This document shows, piece after piece, positions 8,107 through 15,880 of a DNA stretch of 32,000 bases. Position 1 is the stretch's first letter, and each line of letters starts with the position of its first letter. A program made the translations under genes and the position numbers. The notes below the pieces were generated by a model that was not told the origin of the DNA, did no database searches, and saw only the letters and a list, made by a program, of their open reading frames with translations. Source of the DNA: Candidatus Saccharimonadota bacterium (lineage in GTDB: Bacteria; Patescibacteriota; Microgenomatia; UBA1406; GWC2-37-13); NCBI GenBank assembly GCA_001790095.1, contig MGBH01000001.1, positions 1 to 32,000 of the forward strand. Reading direction: 5' to 3'.

Positions 8107-8778
8107 ATGAACCAATTAAAGAAAGTACTGGGTGAAATAATTGTAAGTAAACCTGATATCCTGCAGTTTGCCAAAGATAGAAAGTTTGAGGAGTCTTGGA
8201 TTATCCCATTAAGTAAACCTAGACCCTCTGGAAAAGACATCAGCGCATATCTTCAAAAAGATACATTTCAAACGATTATCGTTGAGTACGTCTGGAATTC
8301 ATCAGATGATGACAATCGTTTTGTCTTAACACTGTTTCTTGATCAGCAATGCAAACTTAAGGACTCAAAAGAATTTGTAGATATTTCCCTAGATCTCTTT
8401 TATGATTATGAGGATTTTGAATCATTTATTCAGATTATTGATGATAAGATCATTGGGAAAGAGTATTTACTAAACAATCTTGCAGACAGTGTTAATCTGA
8501 GCGTCTTTAATCACTGGCTTTCCGTTGGTCCGATTGAGTTATGGAATAAGAAGAGCGTATATGAATTCGAAGAAATCAAATCAAAGATTCACTCTCGTCC
8601 TGAGATCGAAACAACATCGCTAAACTATCAAGGATTATTTTTCCGTTTTAATGTTGATGGCAAATCAAATGGCCCATATTACGGTATCAAAACACCTTGT
8701 TGTAATAAAGTAGGGGAAAAGTGGACCATCGACTATAAAAAAATTGATTATTGGACAAAATTGATGTTGGAGTTATGA
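8107..8778 (+). CDS. hypothetical protein (acidic, no recognised domain)
   Basis: 223-aa ORF starting 11 nt after the PPC gene, on the same strand, with no competing frame. Soluble and D/E-rich. I recognise no motif. Confidence 0.55.
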   Translation: MNQLKKVLGEIIVSKPDILQFAKDRKFEESWIIPLSKPRPSGKDISAYLQKDTFQTIIVEYVWNSSDDDNRFVLTLFLDQQCKLKDSKEFVDISLDLFYDYEDFESFIQIIDDKIIGKEYLLNNLADSVNLSVFNHWLSVGPIELWNKKSVYEFEEIKSKIHSRPEIETTSLNYQGLFFRFNVDGKSNGPYYGIKTPCCNKVGEKWTIDYKKIDYWTKLMLEL

Positions 8779-8817
8779 GGATTAGAAAGTTCCAGACCTA
8801 GATGGTCCACATAAAAA

Positions 8818-9411
8818 ATGAAAAATATAAGAAGAGTAGTTGTGATTATGTGTGTTAGTGTAGCGTCTGTTTATTTGTTGCTCACGGCGTATGTGGGGCT
8901 AAATGTATATGTTGATAACAAGAAAAAATCAGATGTGATACTGGTACTTGGATCCAAATCATATAAAGGTAAAAGTTACAATCCTTGTCTTGTAGCCCGT
9001 GTGGAGCATGCTGCAAACCTTTACAAACAAGGATACGCAAGTAAGATCATTATGTCTGGGGGAGATGACATCGAAGATGGTAAAAATGAGGCATTTACCA
9101 TGATTCAAATAGCGCAAAAGTTTCAAGTACCTCAGCATGATATCCTTCTTGAAACAAGATCAACATCTACCTATGAAAATATTAATTTTTCAGCTAGCTT
9201 GATGAAGCAGCAGATGTTGAAGTCAGCGATCATCGTGACTGAGCCATTTCACACTCCTCGTGCTGCACTCGTTGCAAAGAAATCCGGGTTAGACTATTCA
9301 GTCTCACCTACACTTACAAGCCAATGTTGGCTGCGATGGAAATATGGATCAAGGTACTTTCTCAAAGAGCCACTCGCTATCATACAATATTTTGTATTTG
9401 GCAAGATCTAG
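8818..9411 (+). CDS. DUF218 (SanA/YdcF/ElyC-like) membrane-anchored protein
   Basis: N-terminal TM helix, then VILVLGS, IIMSGGDD, TRSTSTYENINFS and IIVTEPFHTPRA, the characteristic DUF218 motifs. Confidence 0.7.
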   Translation: MKNIRRVVVIMCVSVASVYLLLTAYVGLNVYVDNKKKSDVILVLGSKSYKGKSYNPCLVARVEHAANLYKQGYASKIIMSGGDDIEDGKNEAFTMIQIAQKFQVPQHDILLETRSTSTYENINFSASLMKQQMLKSAIIVTEPFHTPRAALVAKKSGLDYSVSPTLTSQCWLRWKYGSRYFLKEPLAIIQYFVFGKI

Positions 9412-9472
9412 GACTTGCGTTATATAGCTCCCAGGTGGTATTAAATTTGAGAGAGCAAGTATAATAAGGATC

Positions 9473-10309
9473 ATGAGTAAACACGTTATCATAACAAGTA
9501 TTGACGATCACTATGGTGATTTTTTAGTGAATCACTGGCTAAGATCTTTAAAAGAAAATGTAGATTTGAGAGATATCGATATTATCATCCTGGACTTTGG
9601 TCTTACCACGTCACAACTTAGACGACTAAAAGAAGAAAAAGTGATCATAGTCCCATGCAGTCAATCAGGACATATTGTGAATGCAAGATTCACCAAAACT
9701 GCTCAACTTCTTGAGAAAAATCATTATGATCAAGTTTTGTTTGTCGATGGCGGCGACATCATTTTTCAGAATAATATTTCTTTTCTTTTTGAACAAGATC
9801 AAGATATCTTTCGAGCGGCTAAACTGGATTTAGAAGTGTTATTTTATGAAGCTTTTATTCCTTTTAATTTTAAGGGAGATAAGGGTAAGAAGATATATGG
9901 ATTCTTAAAAGATAAACCTGTTTTAAATGCTGGTTTTATATTAGGTCCACGTGATAAATTCATAAGTCTTTGTAATACAATGAACGACTTAATAACCAAT
10001 AAAAAAGCCTATGGTCCAGATCAGGTCGCTTTAAACTACTGTATCCATCAGGAAGGTGTAAAACTCTTAGATAGAAGATACAATTTCATGATCACAACTG
10101 TGGATGAAGGTTTTACGATCAAAGACGGTACTTTTTATCTTCAGAACGGAGAACAAATAGTAGTTGTCCATAACGCAGGTCATAATCGGTATTTAAGGCC
10201 AATCATAAACTTTGGATATGGTAAAGACTTCAATAAGCTAAACTTCTTGGTTTATCATTTAAGAAGATCTTTCTTCAAACTCATCGGTTTAATAAAATCA
10301 CTACGCTGA
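9473..10309 (+). CDS. putative glycosyltransferase, GT8-like nucleotide-diphospho-sugar transferase fold
   Basis: VLFVDGGDIIF (DxD-like), VLNAGFILGPRDKF and GPDQVALNYCI follow the order of GT8 motifs. An AAGGA sequence lies 3 nt upstream of the ATG. Confidence 0.5.
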   Translation: MSKHVIITSIDDHYGDFLVNHWLRSLKENVDLRDIDIIILDFGLTTSQLRRLKEEKVIIVPCSQSGHIVNARFTKTAQLLEKNHYDQVLFVDGGDIIFQNNISFLFEQDQDIFRAAKLDLEVLFYEAFIPFNFKGDKGKKIYGFLKDKPVLNAGFILGPRDKFISLCNTMNDLITNKKAYGPDQVALNYCIHQEGVKLLDRRYNFMITTVDEGFTIKDGTFYLQNGEQIVVVHNAGHNRYLRPIINFGYGKDFNKLNFLVYHLRRSFFKLIGLIKSLR

Positions 10310-10336
10310 TTATCGAATACATCTATAGTCTAGACT

Positions 10337-11737
10337 CTAGACTCTACTCATATCTTTCATAATGTGTTTTTGTTCTGCTCTAAAAATAGCAAGTATTTTT
10401 CCTCTGATGCGAGGTGGGAGAGTGATGGATGAATGTATACCAAAGTAGGTGGATATGAGTTCTTTCTTTCTTCTTAAAGCCTCTTTATGAAACAGCTTCT
10501 TGTATACGCTTATCAATTCTCCCTTTACTCCGTTTTGATATGCCAGGTAAAAAGCCAGAAGCTGTTCATCTTTTCCCAGTCCGCTTCCTCCATAGGCGCT
10601 CGTTTCTTTACTATTGGTAAATAGCGAATAATAATGCTTTTTGTTTAATCCAAACATATTGATGTTGGGAAATCCGACAGAGGTGGGTTCAATCCGTAAA
10701 GCCTTAAAAAAGATATACATGCGAGCGCATTTTTCACAAGCTCCACACCACCTATTTTTTTTTGCCTGACGCTTTTCAAGGACGCAGGATGTCTGATATT
10801 TTGCCAAGGCGGGGTAGCGGTAATGAAGAAGATAGGTGATAAATAATTCATGTATTGGTTCAATCACGCTTCCCAGATGGGTTTTGATTGAAAATAATTT
10901 AGGTATGTCTTGTAGTAGCTGCATTGCTTTGACACTTTGTTCATATACTGGACTAATCATAAATCCACTTTGATGCATGACATAATCATTACAGCTTTGT
11001 TCATTACCAAGGAATATATATTTGGTTCGATAATAAAAACAGTAGGGTATAAGGGTTAATATATACTGAGACAAAATAATATCCCAACCCCAGTAGTTTC
11101 CGTTGTCTTGGCGTATATGACCAAATGAAACAGGGAAAAGATCTATTAAATGCTGAAAATCTTGTTTAAACCGTTTGATAAGGTGAGACTTATGATAGTT
11201 CTCATATTTGCTTTGCGGTTCTTCCATAAACATGACAACAGGTTTGATACCCACCTCATTCATAAGGCCAAGGGTGAGTAAACTATCTTTCCCAAATGAA
11301 AAAAGGACAAGACCGGACTCCTTTAGTCTGTTATGGTTTTTATGGTTAAAATAGAAGTGATTGAGGCTCTTAAATTCGGTAATAAAATTGGAATTATAAA
11401 AAGACTGTATAAGGGAGACAACGGAATTATTTTTACTGGTATAGATATTCATCGGAACGCTATAGATGAGAAGCTTGAAAAACAAGGGTTCAATGACAGG
11501 GTGGTCGAAATGATATATAACAGATCTGTTATTGATGATAGACAGATGCCATGTCGCTGCATATGTTACATTATCTGCAAAGAACTTATGAAGAGGTTTT
11601 GAAAACTTGCTCCAGATTTTCTCATCATACTCAATGCGATATTTTTTATTTCCTATCGTTATTCCAACACCGTTTTTTTCAATCTTATTGAAAATGTGCA
11701 AACCACTATTTGTCTGTTTTTTTTCATGTATAGACAT
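10337..11737 (-). CDS. PP-loop (adenine-nucleotide alpha-hydrolase) superfamily enzyme with QueC-like C-terminal Cys cluster; function unknown
   Basis: 466 aa. PP-loop variant SFGKDS (11282-11299, context LVLFSFGKDSLLTLGL). SC-x12-CGACEKCARM (10721-10786) resembles the QueC zinc site SC..CGxCxxCxxR. It has ~140 aa of N-terminal and ~120 aa of C-terminal sequence that I cannot assign. Confidence 0.6.
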   Translation of the reverse strand: MSIHEKKQTNSGLHIFNKIEKNGVGITIGNKKYRIEYDEKIWSKFSKPLHKFFADNVTYAATWHLSIINNRSVIYHFDHPVIEPLFFKLLIYSVPMNIYTSKNNSVVSLIQSFYNSNFITEFKSLNHFYFNHKNHNRLKESGLVLFSFGKDSLLTLGLMNEVGIKPVVMFMEEPQSKYENYHKSHLIKRFKQDFQHLIDLFPVSFGHIRQDNGNYWGWDIILSQYILTLIPYCFYYRTKYIFLGNEQSCNDYVMHQSGFMISPVYEQSVKAMQLLQDIPKLFSIKTHLGSVIEPIHELFITYLLHYRYPALAKYQTSCVLEKRQAKKNRWCGACEKCARMYIFFKALRIEPTSVGFPNINMFGLNKKHYYSLFTNSKETSAYGGSGLGKDEQLLAFYLAYQNGVKGELISVYKKLFHKEALRRKKELISTYFGIHSSITLPPRIRGKILAIFRAEQKHIMKDMSRV

Positions 11738-11920
11738 GTTTGAGTTATACTAATTAAATACTATAGATACTATATTATCAACCTATATTAAGTATTTTTT
11801 GTTTGATTGTTTAACTTGACAAACTAAGTTTCAACTATTACCATATATGTATTAGTACAATATATTTATTTACTTATCCGTTGAGGAACTAAATAGATTG
11901 ATGCATTTTTAATTGCCACG

Positions 11921-13246
11921 ATGGAAATCGTTTCTCAGGTCATATTGGTTATACTTCTGATACTTCTTAACGCCTTTTTTGCGGCTTCAGAATATTCAAT
12001 CGTAGCTATACGTGCCACGCGTGTCGATGAACTGGTTAGGCGAGGAGACAGGTTAGCCAAACTTATACAACAGGTCATTGCAAACAGGGAAGATTTTATA
12101 TCTGCTGTTCAATTAGGTACGACGATCGTAAGTTTGATTCTGGGGAGGATTGGAGAACCGATATTTGAACGGCTTTTTCTTTCTTTTTTCACATTTCTGC
12201 CCAAAGGAGGCATAATAGCTGCAGCTCATTTTGTGTCTGTTATCTCTGCTTTTCTCATCCTGACTTTTTTATCGGTAATCATAGGGGAGCTCATTCCCAA
12301 AACAATCGCTATACAGAGGGCTGAGATGGTTGCTCTAGTACTTATTGCTCCACTTACATTGTTTATCAAAATATTTCGTCCTTTTATCTTCCTTTTTAAT
12401 AAGATTGGACACAGATTATTACTTCTTCTCGGGTTTGATACTTATAATCATAATCATCTCTCCTATACGAAAGAAGAGCTCAAACTTCTGTTTGACCAAG
12501 TGAGCAGTAGTGGGATCATGGCTAAGGAAGAGTTTCGAATCGTTGACAATGTCTTTAAATTATCAGACAAGCAAATCAAACAAATGATGACGCCACGATC
12601 AGAGATCCTTATGATAAATGTTCTTTTACCGATTGGTAAAATACGTGAAAAATTAGATCCACGCTTTAGTCGTTTTCCAGTCTATAAAGGCAATGTCGAT
12701 AATATTGTGGGATTTATCCATGTAAAGGATATCTATCATCTTGAGAATAGTCAGAAAAATGAAAAAAAACTTATCGATACCTCAATAATCCGCAAAATCA
12801 TCAGTGTTCCTGAGACAAAGAAGGCAAATGAAGTTCTTTTGGACATGCAAAAAAAGCATGTACATTTAGCTATCATTTATGATGAATTTGGTGTTATGGT
12901 GGGACTGGTGACACTTGAAGACATCATAGAGAGTCTTATAGGAGAGATTCAGGATGAATTTGATAAGCCAATATTAAACATCAAACGGAACGCTGATGGC
13001 ACATATCTTATTGACGGAAACGTTTCTCTTGAAAAAATGCAAAAAAGGTTTAGACTGCCTATAAAAGGACAAGGATACACGACACTCGGAGGACTCATAT
13101 TTGGGCTTATAGGGAGAGAGCCGCGAGTTGGAGACAAAATATGGATTTTGCACAAATCATTTGAGGTGAAATCAGTTGAGGGAAAGCGTATTAAGGAGCT
13201 TATTTTGAGGATAAATGGCTTTCAAAATGAGACAGGAAAAAAGTAA
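11921..13246 (+). CDS. CNNM/HlyC-CorC family transporter (DUF21 membrane domain, CBS pair, CorC_HlyC domain)
   Basis: N-terminal ASEYSIVA and four hydrophobic helices with GELIPK. A CBS-pair region (MTPRSEI...VYKGNVDNIVGFIHVKD...VLLDMQKKHVHLAIIYDEFGVMVGLVTLEDIIE). C-terminal DGTYLIDGNVSLEKM...TLGGLIF. Confidence 0.8.
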   Translation: MEIVSQVILVILLILLNAFFAASEYSIVAIRATRVDELVRRGDRLAKLIQQVIANREDFISAVQLGTTIVSLILGRIGEPIFERLFLSFFTFLPKGGIIAAAHFVSVISAFLILTFLSVIIGELIPKTIAIQRAEMVALVLIAPLTLFIKIFRPFIFLFNKIGHRLLLLLGFDTYNHNHLSYTKEELKLLFDQVSSSGIMAKEEFRIVDNVFKLSDKQIKQMMTPRSEILMINVLLPIGKIREKLDPRFSRFPVYKGNVDNIVGFIHVKDIYHLENSQKNEKKLIDTSIIRKIISVPETKKANEVLLDMQKKHVHLAIIYDEFGVMVGLVTLEDIIESLIGEIQDEFDKPILNIKRNADGTYLIDGNVSLEKMQKRFRLPIKGQGYTTLGGLIFGLIGREPRVGDKIWILHKSFEVKSVEGKRIKELILRINGFQNETGKK

Positions 13247-13307
13247 AAGTGGCCGAGTCTAGATATTTAAATTGATATAAACTAATTTTTTTGTTACTAT
13301 CATATAT

Positions 13308-13865
13308 ATGAATCAAACACAACAAAATCTTCTCAAGGCTTTTGCTGGTGAGAGCCAGGCGAGAAATAAATACTACATGTTTGCCAAGATGGCAAGAAAA
13401 GAAAATCTTGAATGGATTGCTCGCATCTTTGAAGAGACCGCAGATAATGAACGCACCCACGCAGAGGAGCTATTTGAACACATATCAGAACCCGTAAAAA
13501 CAGTAGGAGATCTTGAAATCACTCCATTTAAGAAGACAATTGACAACCTCAAAATGGCAGCAGATGGAGAAAAGTATGAGTGGACCACTATGTATCCTGA
13601 TTTTGAAAAAATAGCAAGAGAAGAGAAAGAAGATAAGGCAGCGCGTCTGTTTGGATCCCTCAAATTGGTTGAAGAAAAGCATGAAGAGCGTTACATCATC
13701 ATTGCTTCCAAGTTAGACGACAAAACATTGTATGATGCAGAGGCAGAACTTGAATGGAAGTGTGTAAACTGTGGATACATCCATAAGGGTAAAGTTCCCC
13801 CACCTTCATGTCCAGTTTGTACCAAACCATTTACTTGGTATATGCCAATCGGTCTGGTTAGATGA
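13308..13865 (+). CDS. rbr: rubrerythrin
   Basis: The N-terminus NLLKAFAGESQARNKY and ERTHAEE, EEKHEERY are di-iron ExxH-type motifs. The C-terminus has a rubredoxin-like CVNC-x12-CPVC. Confidence 0.85.
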   Translation: MNQTQQNLLKAFAGESQARNKYYMFAKMARKENLEWIARIFEETADNERTHAEELFEHISEPVKTVGDLEITPFKKTIDNLKMAADGEKYEWTTMYPDFEKIAREEKEDKAARLFGSLKLVEEKHEERYIIIASKLDDKTLYDAEAELEWKCVNCGYIHKGKVPPPSCPVCTKPFTWYMPIGLVR

Positions 13866-13941
13866 AAATAACAAGCCATTCATGTTAAATTGTGGCTTGT
13901 ATGCTATTGCACCTTTTATTATTTATATTTATTCTTAATAT

Positions 13942-14412
13942 ATGGAAGACAAATCATGTCCCAAATGCGGTTCGGCACTCTCAGAAATCATTACTACAAA
14001 ATCAGGCAAACGCCTACAGCGTTGTTCTACCAGTGTATGGAGTAAGGAAACAGGTAAAACTGAAGGATGTGATTTTGTCAAATGGTTACCCTTTGAACCT
14101 CAGACACTTGATGAAAAATGTCCGAAATGCGGAGCCCCTCTCATCGTAACGATGACTCGTTTTAATAAAAAAATGAAGAAATGTTCAACAAACTCCTGGG
14201 ACCCAAAGACTAAGACCGCATCTGGCTGTGACTATTTTGCATGGATACAAGCTACAGTTGAAGAATTGGATGAGGACTGTCCCAAGTGCAGCAGCAAACT
14301 TGTAAAAGTTGAGACCCCCTCCGGCAAAAAAATGAAAAAATGTTCTACATCCGGTTGGGATAAGGTAAATAAAGTTGCAACAGGTTGTGACTATATCGAG
14401 TGGCTCCAGTAA
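13942..14412 (+). CDS. three tandem C4 zinc-ribbon repeats, topoisomerase-type (YrdD-like) standalone protein
   Basis: 156 aa. Cys residues at 6/9/28/43, 60/63/81/96 and 113/116/134/149. Each unit reads CPKC[GS]..L....SGKK..KCST..W.......GCD[FY]..W. Confidence 0.6.
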   Translation: MEDKSCPKCGSALSEIITTKSGKRLQRCSTSVWSKETGKTEGCDFVKWLPFEPQTLDEKCPKCGAPLIVTMTRFNKKMKKCSTNSWDPKTKTASGCDYFAWIQATVEELDEDCPKCSSKLVKVETPSGKKMKKCSTSGWDKVNKVATGCDYIEWLQ

Positions 14413-14430
14413 GATTGTTATAATGATAGG

Positions 14431-15252
14431 GTGAAGATCGATACGCCAACCATAGATCTGTTTAAAAAAACAGTATGGGATTTCTACAAGATAAATCGTC
14501 GCGACCTTCTATGGAGAAATACAGACGACCCCTACCTTGTCTTGGTCTCTGAGATTATGCTTCAGCAAACACAGGTTGCTCGCGTATTGATCAAATATCC
14601 CATCTTTATCTTGCAATTTCCAAACTTTAAGCAACTTGCAAAAGCATCTATCAAAGACATTCTTCATATATGGCAGGGGATGGGATATAACAGGCGTGCC
14701 TTATATCTAAAAAAAATAGCAGACATAGTTATAAAAGAATATAATGGGTATCTACCAGATAGTCCACACATCCTTGAGACATTTCCTGGGATTGGTCAGG
14801 CAACCGCTTCATCCATTGCCGCCTTTGCCTTCAATAAAACAACCGTATTTATCGAAACCAATATTCGCCGCGTATATCTACATCATTTCTTTAAAGGTAA
14901 GACAGAAGTCCATGATAGGGAAATATATAAGCTTGTCCAAAAAACACTTGACACAAAAAGTCCCCGAGAGTGGTATTTTGCTCTTATGGATTATGGATCC
15001 TATCTGGGGAAAGCTGTTGAAAATCCGAACAAACGAAGTAGGCATTATATAATCCAATCTAAGTTTGAAGGATCAGACAGGCAGATAAGGGGGAAAATAT
15101 TAAAATTATTATTAAAGAACTCAACTTCAGAGGAAGATTTGTTTAAAATGGTGGATAAAGATCCACATAAGATAAAAAAAATCTTACAGGTTCTGGTTAA
15201 AGAACAATTTATTAATTTTAAAAATAATAAATATTATATTAACAATTTCTAA
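14431..15252 (+). CDS. MutY-like HhH-GPD adenine glycosylase catalytic domain without Fe-S cluster loop or NUDIX domain
   Basis: VSEIMLQQTQVARV is near identical to the MutY VSEVMLQQTQV motif that carries the catalytic Glu. It also has WQGMGYNRRA and an HhH FPGIGQATASSI. There are no cysteines at all in 273 aa. The C-terminal ~70 aa looks like a winged helix. GTG start. Confidence 0.7.
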   Translation: MKIDTPTIDLFKKTVWDFYKINRRDLLWRNTDDPYLVLVSEIMLQQTQVARVLIKYPIFILQFPNFKQLAKASIKDILHIWQGMGYNRRALYLKKIADIVIKEYNGYLPDSPHILETFPGIGQATASSIAAFAFNKTTVFIETNIRRVYLHHFFKGKTEVHDREIYKLVQKTLDTKSPREWYFALMDYGSYLGKAVENPNKRSRHYIIQSKFEGSDRQIRGKILKLLLKNSTSEEDLFKMVDKDPHKIKKILQVLVKEQFINFKNNKYYINNF

Positions 15253-15286
15253 GAAAGTCACTATAGTTCTTGGAGAACTTAAAAAG

Positions 15287-15880
15287 TTGTTTCCCCATGC
15301 GAAAATTGTTTTAACATACAATAATCATTGGGAACTTCTTGTTGCGGTCATTTTGTCCGCTCAGTGTACCGATAAAATAGTGAATAGGGTAACAGAGAAA
15401 TTATTTCACAAATATAAAACCCTGGATGATTATGTGAGCGCTGATTTGAAAGAATTTGAGCAAGACATTCATTCGACCGGTTTTTATCACAACAAAGCAA
15501 AACATATTCTCGCATCGGCAAATATAATTAAAGATCGATTTCATGGAAAAGTACCCAACACAATGGATGAACTTTTAACATTAAAGGGAGTTGCACGAAA
15601 GACTGCAAATGTTGTTTTAGGTAATGCATTCGGTATTGTTGAGGGGATCGCGGTTGATACCCACGTGCGTCGTTTAACAAAATTATGGGGTTTGACAAAA
15701 CATGATGATCCAGTGAAAATAGAGAAAGACTTGATGAGATTATTACCAAAAAAAGAGTGGTTTGATTTTACCTACCGGACCATCGAATACGGAAGAGCAT
15801 ACTGTATAGCAAAAAAACACGACCATAAATTGTGTCCGATGACAAGGCTGTTACATGGTTCTGTATCTATGTTGAGATGA
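15287..15880 (+). CDS. nth: endonuclease III (Nth), Fe-S cluster motif degenerate
   Basis: ELLVAVILSAQCTD, an HhH LKGVARKTANVVLGNAFG carrying the catalytic Lys, and VDTHVRRL carrying the catalytic Asp. Only 2 of the 4 cluster cysteines are present (CIAKKHDHKLC). The only canonical start is TTG 15287, but homology seems to extend upstream (see findings). The 3' end overlaps the dinB 3' end by 14 nt. Confidence 0.8.
   Translation: MFPHAKIVLTYNNHWELLVAVILSAQCTDKIVNRVTEKLFHKYKTLDDYVSADLKEFEQDIHSTGFYHNKAKHILASANIIKDRFHGKVPNTMDELLTLKGVARKTANVVLGNAFGIVEGIAVDTHVRRLTKLWGLTKHDDPVKIEKDLMRLLPKKEWFDFTYRTIEYGRAYCIAKKHDHKLCPMTRLLHGSVSMLR

Noticed and set aside
10310-10336. TCTAGAC direct repeat / GTCTAGAC palindrome between the convergent GT8-like and PP-loop genes
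   Set aside because: It is very short (about 20 nt) and most simply explained as a small bidirectional terminator-like hairpin. There is not enough signal to call anything else.
11333-11602. 89-aa plus-strand ORF inside the PP-loop gene
   Set aside because: It is antisense to a 466-aa ORF with conserved motifs and has no motif of its own. It is a shadow ORF.
7491-11920. Possible tRNA-Ser-integrated genomic island
   Set aside because: I looked for an integrase or recombinase and for a direct repeat of the tRNA 3' end (GGTTCGACTCCTGTATCCTCCGCCA or its last ~15 nt) downstream through ~12 kb and saw neither. I kept only the weaker accessory-block observation.
13871-13900. Hairpin ACAAGCCA..TGGCTTGT after rubrerythrin
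   Set aside because: It has an 8-bp stem but a 14-nt loop and no adjacent T-tract. It may terminate rbr, but the evidence is too weak to list as a feature.
13892-14149. 85-aa ORF overlapping the zinc-ribbon gene in another frame
   Set aside because: The competing frame (13942-14412) shows a precise threefold Cys repeat, whereas this frame is hydrophobic and low-complexity.
14744-15052. 102-aa alternative-frame ORF inside the MutY-like gene
   Set aside because: The MutY-like frame carries strongly conserved motifs across this span. The alternative frame has none.
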